Below are positions 27,930 to 38,700 of a stretch of DNA of 64,000 nucleotides, one piece after another. The stretch is from Eubacteriales bacterium (GTDB lineage: Bacteria > Bacillota > Clostridia > Saccharofermentanales > UBA5734). Below the pieces are notes generated by a model. That model saw only the letters and a list, made by a program, of their open reading frames with translations, had not been told where the DNA came from and made no database searches. Both the position numbers and the translations under genes were made by a program. Each line of letters begins with the position of its first letter. The stretch's first letter is position 1. The stretch is taken from NCBI GenBank assembly GCA_028684955.1, contig JAQUEY010000001.1, positions 21,593-85,592 of the forward strand. Direction: 5' to 3'.

Positions 27930-29230
27930 GTGAACTGCAGGAGAAGGAATCCAGGTCCGGTGAGCCAGGCTTGATCCAGGCGATCCATGTCGGCGAAATC
28001 CTCTGTGTCGGTACGGAGCTGCTCCTGGGGCAGATCATCAATACGAATGCAGCGTGGCTGGCCCGCCAATTGACGCTCCTGGGAATTTCTTCCTATTATC
28101 AGACCGTGGTCGGTGACAATCCGGACCGGGTCCGCCTGGCCATGGAAACCGCTGCCAGCCGGTCGGATTTGATCGTGGTCACTGGCGGTCTCGGTCCAAC
28201 GGCAGATGACCTGACCATGGCCATTGCTGCGCAGGTAGCGGGCCAGCCCCTGGTCGAACATCGCGAAAGCCGAGCGGCCATCGCCGACTATTTTCACCGT
28301 CTGGGGCGCCTTGCGATCACGGAAAACAACTGGAAACAGGCCCTGCTGCCGCAAAACGCCCAGGTGATGCCCAATCACAATGGCACGGCACCAGGTGCGA
28401 TCCTGGAATTTACTTACCAGGGCAAGCCGAAAGTCATGATCCTTTTACCCGGACCGCCCTCCGAAATGAACTTGATGTTCCAGGAATCGGCTGCACCCTA
28501 TCTGGAAATGCGCACTGCAACCCGGTTCCGCCATCATTTTGTCCGCCTGATCGGCATCGGCGAATCAGCGGCCGAGACCCTGTTTCTCGACCTGATCGAC
28601 GGCCAGAACAATCCGACTCTGGCGCCCTATGCCTCCGAAGGGGAGGTCATGTTCCGGGTCACCCAGCTGATCCACGATGAAAGTGAACCGGACAACACCG
28701 CTGGACTGTTGGCCGAAATCCAGAAACGGGCAGGGGACTACATCTACGAGATCGGCCCCAGGAACATGCCGGCGCTGGTCAAAGATCTGCTTTTAGAACA
28801 AAATAAAACCATCAGTTTTGCCGAGTCCTGCACAGCAGGCCTTGTTGCAGCCACTTTTGGCGAAATTTCAGGTGTATCTGCTGTCTTCAAAGGCAGTATT
28901 GTTGCTTATGCCAATGAAGTCAAAGTCAACCAGCTCCAAGTTCCTGCTGACCTGCTTGCAGAATTTGGTGCCGTGAGCGAGGAAACAGCTGTTGCCATGG
29001 CCAAAGGATGTCGTGACGTCATGAAAACGGATCTGGCCGTGTCGATCACAGGAATTGCCGGTCCGGATGGCGGGACAGCGGACAAGCCGGTCGGTCTGGT
29101 TTATCTGGCTGTGGCCAGTGAACGTGGCGTTGAAGTGCGCCGGATGCAGATCCCGGGCAATCGGGCCCGTATCCGCAAAGTGTCCACCTTGAACGCATTT
29201 GACCTGGCGCGGCGGGAATTGCTGCGATGA
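27926..29230 (+). CDS. cinA: competence/damage-inducible protein CinA (NMN amidohydrolase domain)
   Basis: [25 protein letters not shown]...[12 protein letters not shown]...[10 protein letters not shown]...[10 protein letters not shown]. The start overlaps the folD stop (ATGA). Confidence 0.88.
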   Translation: MSELQEKESRSGEPGLIQAIHVGEILCVGTELLLGQIINTNAAWLARQLTLLGISSYYQTVVGDNPDRVRLAMETAASRSDLIVVTGGLGPTADDLTMAIAAQVAGQPLVEHRESRAAIADYFHRLGRLAITENNWKQALLPQNAQVMPNHNGTAPGAILEFTYQGKPKVMILLPGPPSEMNLMFQESAAPYLEMRTATRFRHHFVRLIGIGESAAETLFLDLIDGQNNPTLAPYASEGEVMFRVTQLIHDESEPDNTAGLLAEIQKRAGDYIYEIGPRNMPALVKDLLLEQNKTISFAESCTAGLVAATFGEISGVSAVFKGSIVAYANEVKVNQLQVPADLLAEFGAVSEETAVAMAKGCRDVMKTDLAVSITGIAGPDGGTADKPVGLVYLAVASERGVEVRRMQIPGNRARIRKVSTLNAFDLARRELLR

Positions 29231-30819
29231 GCCAACGCCACTCCCACAACTTGCGCCTGGCCACCCTGATCATGATGGCGGGATTGTTGCTGTCCAAGCT
29301 CAGCGGCCATCTGCGCGAAATCCTGATTGTGCCCATGCTTGGCTATGGGGTGGTTTCCGATGCCTTCATCATTGGCTTCCAGATTCCGGATTTGTTCTAC
29401 CAGCTTCTGGTCGGAGGTGCGATCGGTGCCGCTGTGACGCCCAGCCTTTCCCATGCCTTGGAAAAAGGGGAGGAAGGCAAAGGCTGGCGCAGCCTGTCCA
29501 TCCTGATCAATTACGCCGCTCTGGCCATGCTGGCTGCTGTTCTGCTGGGCGAATGGCTGTCACCTCAGCTACTGGCTCTTTACAACAGCAGCAAAGACCC
29601 GGCCATTACGGATCTGGCAGTCCGGGTTTCCCGTGCCTTGTTCCCGCAAGTCTTTTTCATGATGCTGGCCGCCTTGTGCATCGGCATCCTGAATGCGTAC
29701 CGCCAGTTTGGCCGGACGTCTTTTGGTCCATCGATCTACAACATCGTGGTGGTTCTGGCGATGGTCCTGCTGGGAGAACGCAGTGAGAGCGGGGCGATCC
29801 GGGTTGCAGCCGGTGTGATGGGGGCTGCAGCGATCTATTTCATTTTCCAGGCGGTTATGGCGGCCCCCCTGCTGAAACAATACTCGCTGTCCCTGGATCA
29901 CCAGGATCCCGGATTTCGCCAGATGGTACGCCTGGCCGTGCCAACCTTGCTTTCTGGTTCAATCGTCCAAGTCAACACCATTATTTTGACCGGATTTGCC
30001 GACCAGTTTCCCGGAGCGGCCACATCACTGCGCAATGCAGCAACCACCTGGCAACTGCCCTACGGCATTTTCGTGGTCGCCATTGGCAATGTCATGCTGC
30101 CCTCGCTGGCACGCCACCATGCCGCCCAGGATGAAACCGGCAGCAGCCAGCTGTTCGGCCAGAGCCTGCGCCAGGCGTTGTTCTTGATGATTCCGTCTGC
30201 AGCTTTGATCTTGTCGATGCAAGAAGATGTCATCCGGGCCATTTTCCAATGGAGCAGCAGCTACACAGCCGAGCAAGTCACTACAGCAGCCAGCGTCTTG
30301 CGCTGGTACACCCTGGCCATGATCGCCCAGACCTTTGTCTTTCTAACCAACCAGGCTTTCTATGCCCGCAAGATGACGCGTGTTGCCCTGGTCAACGGGC
30401 TCTTGACTCTGGCGTTGAACCCACTCCTGTGCCTGCTTCTTTTGAAGGGTTTCCAGATGGACATCAGTGGTTTGTCACTGGCTTACACGCTGACCAGCAC
30501 GGTCAGTGCGATCTTTTTGTACAGGACGCATGCTTTTGTAGCCCCTCAGGCGACACCTCGCCACATCGGGGGATACTTGCTCCGACTGATGGCAGCAGCC
30601 AGTGCGATGATGGTGCTGCTGCTTTTCCTGAACCGGGTCGGCTATGACCCGCAGGGTAAGCTCAGCGAGCTGGTCTGGCTCTTTGTGCGCAGTGCCCTGG
30701 CCCTGCTGGTGTTTCTCGGTGTCGCGGTTCTCATGCATGTGAAAGAAGCCACAAATCTGCTGGCCATCGTGCATTCAAGGTTTTCGGCTCTGAAGGCCTT
30801 GTCGAAAAAGCGCGAATAA
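29227..30819 (+). CDS. murJ: lipid II flippase MurJ/MviN
   Basis: 530-aa polytopic membrane protein. LLSKLSGHLREILIVPMLGYGVVSDAFIIGFQIPDLFYQLLVGGA matches the MurJ N-terminus. Confidence 0.85.
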   Translation: MSQRHSHNLRLATLIMMAGLLLSKLSGHLREILIVPMLGYGVVSDAFIIGFQIPDLFYQLLVGGAIGAAVTPSLSHALEKGEEGKGWRSLSILINYAALAMLAAVLLGEWLSPQLLALYNSSKDPAITDLAVRVSRALFPQVFFMMLAALCIGILNAYRQFGRTSFGPSIYNIVVVLAMVLLGERSESGAIRVAAGVMGAAAIYFIFQAVMAAPLLKQYSLSLDHQDPGFRQMVRLAVPTLLSGSIVQVNTIILTGFADQFPGAATSLRNAATTWQLPYGIFVVAIGNVMLPSLARHHAAQDETGSSQLFGQSLRQALFLMIPSAALILSMQEDVIRAIFQWSSSYTAEQVTTAASVLRWYTLAMIAQTFVFLTNQAFYARKMTRVALVNGLLTLALNPLLCLLLLKGFQMDISGLSLAYTLTSTVSAIFLYRTHAFVAPQATPRHIGGYLLRLMAAASAMMVLLLFLNRVGYDPQGKLSELVWLFVRSALALLVFLGVAVLMHVKEATNLLAIVHSRFSALKALSKKRE

Positions 30820-30855
30820 TGTCGAACAAAAGTTTGGTAATCTGCCAAAGATGCG

Positions 30856-30884
30856 TTGACGGTATCTGAAGCGATCTCTATAAT
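30856..30884 (+). promoter_or_regulatory. sigma-A promoter of recA
   Basis: TTGACG (30856-30861), 17-nt spacer, TATAAT (30879-30884). Confidence 0.6.
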
Positions 30885-30896
30885 GAAATGAATACA

Positions 30897-30910
30897 AGAA
30901 CGAATGTTCT
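30897..30910. promoter_or_regulatory. LexA (Cheo/DinR-type) SOS box
   Basis: AGAACGAATGTTCT fits GAAC-N4-GTTC. It lies between the -10 element and the recA SD. Confidence 0.6.
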
Positions 30911-30924
30911 TTTTGGAGGTAAAC

Positions 30925-32034
30925 ATGGCCAGGACAGATAAAGGTGCCGGAAAATCAACTCAGGAGATCAGCCAGAAACAGGCCGCAGACCGCAACCGTG
31001 CGCTGGATGCCGCGCTGGGCCAGATCGAGAAGCAGTTTGGCAAAGGTGCCGTCATGAAACTGGGGGAGCGGACTGCCATGCAAGTCGAATCCATCTCCAC
31101 AGGTGCGCTCTCGCTTGACTTGGCCCTGGGGATCGGAGGTGTACCACGCGGACGTGTCGTCGAGATCTTCGGACCGGAGTCGTCCGGTAAGACCACCGTC
31201 GCCCTGCACATCATTGCAGAGGCCCAGCGAGCTGGCGGCACGGCGGCCTTCATTGACGCCGAGCATGCTCTCGACCCCAATTATGCAGCCAAGCTAGGCG
31301 TCGACATCGACAACCTGATCGTATCCCAGCCGGATACCGGTGAACAAGCTCTCGAGATCACCGAGGCCCTTGTCAGAAGTGGAGCCATCGATATCATCGT
31401 TGTGGACTCGGTTGCCGCCCTGGTGCCCAAGGCAGAGATCGATGGTGAGATGGGTGACTCCCATGTGGGCCTGCAGGCTCGCCTGATGTCGCAGGCCTTG
31501 CGCAAACTGGCCGGTGTCATTTCCAAGTCCAGCACCGTCGCCGTTTTCATCAACCAGCTGCGTGAAAAGGTCGGGATCATGTTCGGCAACCCTGAGACGA
31601 CACCGGGCGGACGCGCCCTCAAATTCTACGCCTCGGTCCGGCTCGATGTGCGCAAGATCGAGACCCTGCGCAATGGGACGGATGTTGTCGGTTCGAAAAC
31701 CCGGGTCAAGGTCGTCAAGAACAAAGTCGCCCCACCTTTCAAAGAGGCCGAGTTCGACATCATCTATGGTGAAGGCATTTCCAAGGAGGGTTGCATCCTT
31801 GATCTGGCCGTCTCCATGGACTTTGTTGAAAAGAGTGGCGCCTGGTTTTCGTACAAGGGTCAGCGGATTGGCCAGGGACGTGACAATACCCGCCTGTTTT
31901 TAAAAGCCAATCCCGAAATCCGAGACGAGCTGGACAGTAGAATCCGGGCCCAGATTGCCAGCCCGGGTGTGTCGGATGAACCGGTGTCCGAGGATGACGA
32001 CCGTGAAGAGGACATCCTGGGACTCGATCTCTAA
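30925..32034 (+). CDS. recA: recombinase RecA
   Basis: [22 protein letters not shown]...[16 protein letters not shown]...[10 protein letters not shown]...[32 protein letters not shown]. Confidence 0.97.
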   Translation: MARTDKGAGKSTQEISQKQAADRNRALDAALGQIEKQFGKGAVMKLGERTAMQVESISTGALSLDLALGIGGVPRGRVVEIFGPESSGKTTVALHIIAEAQRAGGTAAFIDAEHALDPNYAAKLGVDIDNLIVSQPDTGEQALEITEALVRSGAIDIIVVDSVAALVPKAEIDGEMGDSHVGLQARLMSQALRKLAGVISKSSTVAVFINQLREKVGIMFGNPETTPGGRALKFYASVRLDVRKIETLRNGTDVVGSKTRVKVVKNKVAPPFKEAEFDIIYGEGISKEGCILDLAVSMDFVEKSGAWFSYKGQRIGQGRDNTRLFLKANPEIRDELDSRIRAQIASPGVSDEPVSEDDDREEDILGLDL

Positions 32035-32049
32035 GGACCGGTTGCGCCC

Positions 32050-32598
32050 ATGCCTCAGGACCCTTTCACTTTTTTAAGTCAGTCAGCCAAATCTGACACT
32101 GAAAAACAAGTCGAGGACGCCATGCGCACTGCGCGATCGGTTGCCGTGCGCTGGATCGGCTTGGGGCGCAAGCCATCGGGTCAGGTCCGCGATTATTTGC
32201 GCCGCCAGGGATTTGATGCGGATGTGATAGATCACGTGATTGACGAGTTGAAAGCCGAACAAAAAATCGATGACATGAGATTGGCACACAAGAAAGCAAA
32301 AGAGCGCCTGGGCGCAAAATCCGAATCAGCCCTGCGCGTGTCTTTGCGTCTGGCGGCCCAGGGACTGGAGCAGGAAGCGATCGACCAGGTCCTGGAAGAC
32401 CGCCCAGCAGACCAGGAGCTGGCCCTCGCTGCCTTGCAGGGCAAGTTTACTGTGCCCCAGCCTGGAGCAGGTGCCAATGACCTCAAACTAAGATACAATC
32501 GTTTTCTCATGAGTCGCGGGTTTTCTCCTGAATGCATCCGGGGAGCGATTCGGGAATTCTTGAAAGGTACATCAGAACCAGATGATTTCGATGACTGA
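32050..32598 (+). CDS. recX: RecX-like regulatory protein
   Basis: Position immediately after recA. Repeated helical pattern (SGQVRDYLRRQGFDADVIDHVIDELKAEQKIDDMRLA), about 180 aa. Confidence 0.55.
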   Translation: MPQDPFTFLSQSAKSDTEKQVEDAMRTARSVAVRWIGLGRKPSGQVRDYLRRQGFDADVIDHVIDELKAEQKIDDMRLAHKKAKERLGAKSESALRVSLRLAAQGLEQEAIDQVLEDRPADQELALAALQGKFTVPQPGAGANDLKLRYNRFLMSRGFSPECIRGAIREFLKGTSEPDDFDD

Positions 32599-33967
32599 TT
32601 CACTCCAATCCCTGGAAAACAGACAAGTTTTCCTGCTTTCCCTCGGTTGTGCCAAAAACCTGGTCGATTCTGAGTGCATGAGCCAGATTCTGCGCGAAGC
32701 CGGTTTTTTAATGGTAGACGAACCTTCACAGGCTGATATCTTGCTGGTCAATACCTGTGGGTTCATTGAGTCTGCCAAAAAAGAAGCCATCGAGAGCATC
32801 CTTCAGCTGGCCGATTACAAGCAGCCAGACGGCCGGGCCAGGTATCTCATCGTTGCAGGATGCCTGTCCCAGCGTTATGCCATGGACATTCTATCCCAGA
32901 TGCCGGAAGTCAATGCTGTTCTCGGTACAGCAGACTACAACAAGGTCCGCGAGGTGATCGACCAGCTGGACAGGGATATGACCCTTCCAGATGGACAGAT
33001 CTTGACTTTGCCAGGCCCAGGCGGTAGCCTCGATCACCTGGCAATCCCGCGCCAGCCGTCCACACCGGGCAACTATGCCTACATCAAAGTGGCCGAGGGC
33101 TGCTCTAATAATTGCTCCTATTGTGCCATTCCTGGCATAAGGGGGCCATTTGTCTCCCGGCCTTTTGATGAAATCGTCTCAGAGGCCGCCCGTCTCAGTG
33201 CCGCTGGTTATGGCGAGCTGATCCTGATCGCCCAGGATACGACCCGGTATGGTCTGGATCTCTATGGTCAGCGACGCTTGCCAGAATTGATCCGTGCCCT
33301 GTGCCGGATTCCTGAGGTCCGGATGGTCCGGATCCTATATGTCTATAACGACGGACTGACCGACGAATTGATCGCGTGCATGGCCAGTGAAACCAAAGTT
33401 TCCCATTATCTGGATTTGCCGATCCAGCACGCTGCCGATCCAGTCCTGCGTGCCATGAACCGCCGGGATACCCAGGCCAGCATCCGGGCCACGATTTACA
33501 AATTGCGCCAGGCCATGCCGGATCTGGTTTTGCGCACCACAGTCCTGGTTGGATTCCCTGGAGAGACCGAGGCTGATTTCACCACCCTGAAAGAGTTTCT
33601 TGCGGAGATCCAGTTCGACCGTCTGGGTTGTTTTGTCTTCTCATCTGAAGAAGGGACCGTTGCAGCCCGGATGAAACCAAAAGTCAAAAAGTCAGTTGCC
33701 CAGGCCCGAATGAAAGAAATCATGGCCCTGCAGCAGGGAATTTCCCTTCAGGCGAACCAGAAAAGACTGGGGCAGGTTCTGGATGTCACGCTTGAAAGCA
33801 TCTCTGAAGATGGTGTATTCTACAAAGGCCGCAGTTTTGCCGAAGCTCCGGAAGTCGACCCAGTCATTTGGGTCGCTGCATCCGAGGCGGACCTTAAGCT
33901 GGGCCAAACATTGCCTGTACGCATCGTCGATGCGGGAGAATACGAATTAACGGGAGTAACTCTCTGA
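32591..33967 (+). CDS. rimO: MiaB/RimO-family radical SAM methylthiotransferase, RimO-like
   Basis: N-terminal MTTase domain (LSLGCAKNLVDSE...NTCGFI), radical SAM CSNNCSYC, and a C-terminal TRAM domain. Start at ATG 32582 or 32591. Confidence 0.75.
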   Translation: MTDSLQSLENRQVFLLSLGCAKNLVDSECMSQILREAGFLMVDEPSQADILLVNTCGFIESAKKEAIESILQLADYKQPDGRARYLIVAGCLSQRYAMDILSQMPEVNAVLGTADYNKVREVIDQLDRDMTLPDGQILTLPGPGGSLDHLAIPRQPSTPGNYAYIKVAEGCSNNCSYCAIPGIRGPFVSRPFDEIVSEAARLSAAGYGELILIAQDTTRYGLDLYGQRRLPELIRALCRIPEVRMVRILYVYNDGLTDELIACMASETKVSHYLDLPIQHAADPVLRAMNRRDTQASIRATIYKLRQAMPDLVLRTTVLVGFPGETEADFTTLKEFLAEIQFDRLGCFVFSSEEGTVAARMKPKVKKSVAQARMKEIMALQQGISLQANQKRLGQVLDVTLESISEDGVFYKGRSFAEAPEVDPVIWVAASEADLKLGQTLPVRIVDAGEYELTGVTL

Positions 33968-34575
33968 TGAATCTGCCCAACAAACTCACCATTCTCCGGA
34001 TCATCCTGGTTCCTTTTGTTCTGGTTTTCATGTTGCCGATTCCGAGCCAGTCTCCTGCCTTTGCCGGCTGGAATGCGTTCATCATGGGCTATGGCCAAAT
34101 CATCGCCCTGGTGATTTTCATCGCTGCGTCCCTGACCGATCTGCTGGATGGAGCCATTGCCCGGAGCCAGAATCTGGTGACCAACCTGGGCAAGTTCCTC
34201 GATCCGATTGCAGACAAGATGTTGGTCATCTCCGTTTTGATTGCCCTGGTCCAGAACACCCGGATCCATGCATTGGTGGCAATCGTCATCATCATCCGTG
34301 AATTCATGGTCACTGGCATTCGTCTGCTGGCGTCTGATCATGGAGTGGTCATCGCAGCCGGCAAGCTCGGCAAACTGAAGACAGTGACTCAGATCATTGC
34401 GATCTCCCTCATGATGGTCGAAGGACTGGTCCTGATGCTTCTGGAACCGGTGGTGCCAACCCTGGCGGACAATTTACACTGGGTCGGTGATGGAGCCATG
34501 CTGATTGCGGTTATCATGACCATTATTTCAGGTTATGACTACATCAAACGTAACCTGCATTTCCTGCATGGCTGA
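33967..34575 (+). CDS. pgsA: CDP-diacylglycerol--glycerol-3-phosphate 3-phosphatidyltransferase
   Basis: NLPNKLTILRI...DLLDGAIAR......GKFLDPIADK is the CDP-alcohol phosphatidyltransferase motif. Confidence 0.9.
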   Translation: MNLPNKLTILRIILVPFVLVFMLPIPSQSPAFAGWNAFIMGYGQIIALVIFIAASLTDLLDGAIARSQNLVTNLGKFLDPIADKMLVISVLIALVQNTRIHALVAIVIIIREFMVTGIRLLASDHGVVIAAGKLGKLKTVTQIIAISLMMVEGLVLMLLEPVVPTLADNLHWVGDGAMLIAVIMTIISGYDYIKRNLHFLHG

Positions 34576-34707
34576 AATTCACAGGAAACAGGTTGAATTG
34601 ATTGGCCAACTGACTTGACAATTGCTTGATGATCAAATAAAAATAGGATAGGTTTGGAAACAGACCCTACACGATTTTGAAAACGCCCACTTGAGGAGGA
34701 GCACTTC

Positions 34708-34947
34708 ATGTCTACAGATAGCATTTTTGCCAGTGTCCAGAATATTCTGGTCGACCAGCTTGGGGTTGATGCTGACAGCGTCAACATGCAGTCTAATTTC
34801 ATCGACGATCTCAATGCCGACTCGCTCGACATCGTCGAACTGGTCATGGCGATGGAGCAGGAATTCAACATCTCGATTCCTGACGAGGATGCCGAGAAGA
34901 TCAAGTCAGTCGGAGATGCCGTCGAGTACATCAAAGCCAATACCTGA
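34708..34947 (+). CDS. acpP: acyl carrier protein
   Basis: 79 aa with the [19 protein letters not shown] phosphopantetheine-attachment motif. SD GAGGAGGA upstream. Confidence 0.93.
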   Translation: MSTDSIFASVQNILVDQLGVDADSVNMQSNFIDDLNADSLDIVELVMAMEQEFNISIPDEDAEKIKSVGDAVEYIKANT

Positions 34948-34968
34948 ACAAAGACCTGATCAGACTGT

Positions 34969-34997
34969 AAAAAAGCCCCGGCCAGGGGCTTTTTTTT
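34969..34997 (+). terminator. intrinsic terminator after acpP
   Basis: AAAAAGCCCC-GGCCA-GGGGCTTTTTTTT. Confidence 0.75.
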
Positions 34998-35014
34998 CGA
35001 AACAGGGGGACATC

Positions 35015-35767
35015 ATGCAAGAACAATTCCGGGCTGGCTGTGATCGCCTTTGCCGGGCGATCGGCCATGAATTTGCCCAGCCGGACCTTCTGGTCCAGGC
35101 CATCACCCATTCCACTTATGCTTATGAGCACCGGGCTGAGAAAATCCCTGACAACGAGCGGCTTGAGTTTCTCGGTGATGCCGTCCTCGACCTGGTTGTC
35201 AGTGATTTTCTTTTCCGCGTCCCGGCCGCTATGTCTGAAGGGATCATGACTAAAACCCGGGCCCTGATTGTTTGTGAAAGCACCCTGGCCCGCGTGGCCC
35301 GGGAACTGGAACTTGGTCACTTGCTGATGCTGGGCAAAGGTGAGTGGACAACAGGAGGCGGAGATAAGTCATCGAATCTCGCCAATGCCATGGAGGCAAT
35401 TTTTGGTGCGGTCTATCTGGATGCCGGTTATGAAAAGGCACGCTCAGTCATCCTGGATTTGCTGGACGAATACATCCAGCATGCCTTGACGGGAGACATG
35501 GTTTACGATTACAAGAGCCGCCTTCTGGAAATGGTCCAGGGGACCCGTGGCAACAGCATCCTGCGGTTCGTCATTGTCAATGAAGAAGGACCCGTCCATG
35601 ATCGTGTCTTCACAGCTGCGGTGGTCGTGGATGATCGCCAGATAGCTACCGGCAGTGGCAGCAGCAAGAAAGATGCTGAACAAAAGGCTGCCCGTGAGGC
35701 CTTGCGCTACCTGTCCTGCAATCGTGAAGGCTGCCAGGTCCGGGATGACCAGGAATCCGAAGAATGA
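35015..35767 (+). CDS. rnc: ribonuclease III
   Basis: LLVQAITHSTY......NERLEFLGDAVLDLVVSDFLF, plus a C-terminal dsRBD (GSSKKDAEQKAAREAL). The track start at 34691 overlaps acpP and is rejected. Confidence 0.92.
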   Translation: MQEQFRAGCDRLCRAIGHEFAQPDLLVQAITHSTYAYEHRAEKIPDNERLEFLGDAVLDLVVSDFLFRVPAAMSEGIMTKTRALIVCESTLARVARELELGHLLMLGKGEWTTGGGDKSSNLANAMEAIFGAVYLDAGYEKARSVILDLLDEYIQHALTGDMVYDYKSRLLEMVQGTRGNSILRFVIVNEEGPVHDRVFTAAVVVDDRQIATGSGSSKKDAEQKAAREALRYLSCNREGCQVRDDQESEE

Positions 35768-35783
35768 GCCGGAGAGCAGACGC

Positions 35784-38700
35784 ATGCATCTGAAAACACT
35801 GGAGATCCAGGGTTTCAAATCTTTTCCCGAACGCACCGTGATCGATTTCCATCCCGGGGTGACTGCGATCGTCGGACCCAATGGCAGCGGCAAATCCAAT
35901 GTCACCGACGCCATCCGTTGGGTTTTGGGCGAGCAAAGTGTCAAGACTTTGCGCGGTGCTCGCATGGAGGATGTCATTTTTACCGGCACTCAGTCGCGCC
36001 GTGCGATGAGTTATGCCGAGGTCAGCATCACGTTTGACAATTCCGACCGGGCTTTGCCAGTGGAATACACCGAATTGTGTGTCACACGACGCCTGTACCG
36101 GTCCGGCGACAGTGAATACCTGTTAAACCAGACAACGGTCCGGCTCAAAGACATCACGACGCTGTTCATGGATACCGGACTTGGCCGCGACGGCTATTCC
36201 ATCGTCGGCCAGGGTCGAGTGGACGACATCCTGAGTCATCGTTCAGAGGATCGGCGCCGGATTTTTGAAGAAGCATCCGGCATTGTCAAATTCAAGACCC
36301 GGAAAGAGGAATCCGAACGCAAATTGCTCCAGACCGAGCAGAACCTGGTCCGGATCAACGACATTATCCAGGAATTGTCAGAGCGGATCGAACCTTTGAG
36401 CCAGCAAGCTGAAACTGCCAGGCAGTTCCTGCGCCTGTCGGATGAACTTAGAACACTCGATATTGCCTTGATCCTGGATTCGATCGACCAGCACGAACTC
36501 AGTCTGGCCACCGCTCGGGAAGAGAAGCAGCTGCTGGAAAACGACTGGATGATCGAGCAGGACAGATTGGTCACTTTGCGCGATGAACATCGCACAGCGA
36601 CGGAATCGATCCGGGCGATAGAACAGGAAATCGAAGGCCTCCGGGACCAGTTCAACCAGAAGAACAACCTGATGGGGCTATTATCGAGCCAGAAGGCAGC
36701 AAACTCGGAACGCGCCGATCAGCTTGCCAAAAGAATCGAGCAGAGTGGCTCGCTGCATCAGGATCTGGCAAGCCAGATCGAGTTGCTGCACATGGACTTG
36801 GAAGCACGTTCGAAAAAAGCTGAGACCCTGATGCGCCAGCAGGATCATTTTTCCCGCCAGCTGGAGTCTGCCGAACAAGCGATGCAAGCGATTCTGGCCC
36901 AGCTCTCCAGCAGTGAACAGCAGGTCGAAAGCCTCAAGAATGAACTGGAAACCAGAACCGAAGCCATCTATGAGCAGAAAAACCGGGCAGGACAGCTCAA
37001 AAGCCAACTGCCCATGATAGAAAACCGGCGCAAAACGATCAGCAATGATCTACAGGCCCAGGTCAGCGATGCCGACCGCATCCATCTCCAGCTCGAAGAT
37101 GTCACGGAAAGTCTTAGCCGGGTCCAGAATGCGCTCAAAGAAGAAACAGCGACTCAGGCGACCTTGCGCCAGGCCATCGAATCCGCACGTGAACAGCAGC
37201 GCCAGGCCCATGTCCAGACTGAAACCCTGCGCCAGGCCCAGCGCAACGATCACTATCGCCTGCAAACCTTAGTTGAACTGGAAAAAAGTCATGAAGGTTA
37301 CGCAGAATCGGTCAAGCGGATCATGAACCAGGCCAGCGAAAATCCGGAATTTGGCCAAGGAATCGTGGGAACGCTCGGTGAGCTGATCAGCGTCCAGCCA
37401 GATCTGGAATTGGCTCTTGAAACGGCCCTGGGTCCTGCAGTCTCAAACATCGTGACCGACACCGAAACGACCGCCAGCCGTTTGATCCGCTTTCTCAAGG
37501 ACAATCGGGCTGGACGGGCCACCTTCCTGCCACTGGCGACGATCCGGGGCCGGCGTCTGGATGGTTCGACATTGTCCCAGCTTAAATCCATGCCTGGATT
37601 CATCGGCCTGGCCAGTGACCTGGTTGAAGCGGATGATACTTTGCACGAGATCCTGGAATCGCTCCTGGGCCGGATTGTCATCGCCCGCCAGCTTGCGGAT
37701 GCTACGGCAATGGCCCGGAAAATCCAGTATTCATGCCGGATTGTCACTCTGGAAGGGGATGTGGTCAACCCGGGTGGCTCCCTGACCGGTGGATTCAACC
37801 GCCGCGGACCCAGCGGCCTTCTCGGACGTGCCCGGGAAATCGAAGCCATCCGGAGCCGTCTTGAAAATGCGGATTCGAAGATCAGTGATTCCATGCTCCT
37901 TGAGCAAGAACAAGATGAGCACCTCAAAGAGCTGGCCCGCCAGTTGTCCGCTGTCGAACATCAGTTGCTCCAGCTCTCCCATCAGAAAATCCGGGATGAA
38001 GCACAGATCGGATCGCTCCATGATCAACAGCAACAAACGGGCGCCCTGCGTTTGCGGCTGGAAGCTGAACAGAGTGCCTTGGGCAAGCAAGCACTAGGTC
38101 TCACAAGCCAGATCGGGGAACTGGAACAGGCCATCCTCCGGGAAGATCAGGAAATCGCAACGATTCGCCAGAAAATCAGCCAGCAAGAAGGCGTCAGCAA
38201 AGCAGAGCAGCAGCGGCGCGATGATGTGCGCGAAGAACTTTCAGATCTCAAAGTTTCCTTGCACTCCATCACGCAGTCTCTCCAGGCTTCCAGTGAAATC
38301 CTGGAACGAATCGAAAAGGAGCGCCTGGCTATCGAAGAACGCCAAGTCAGAGGACAGGCCGAAGTGGCTGAACATGCGGGCGAGATTGAACGGCTGACTG
38401 CAGAAATCCGCACCCTGGACCAGCAGGTCGCGCAGACTCATCAGGAGAGCCTTGCTCTGTCGGAACAGGTTCGCCAGCTCAACACCCAGCGGGAAGCCTT
38501 GGAAACCAGTCAGGCACGCTTTTTTGACACCCTGGAAGCCCAATCAACCCGGATCAGTTCCCTGCAGGCCGAAATCGCCAAGACCCAGGCCAAAATCGAG
38601 CGTTTGGAACAGACCGGTGATGAAGCCAGGAATCGCCTCTGGGAGTCCTATGAATTGACGGCTCAGTCCGCTCAGGCATGGCGCAAGCCGGTGGAAAACC

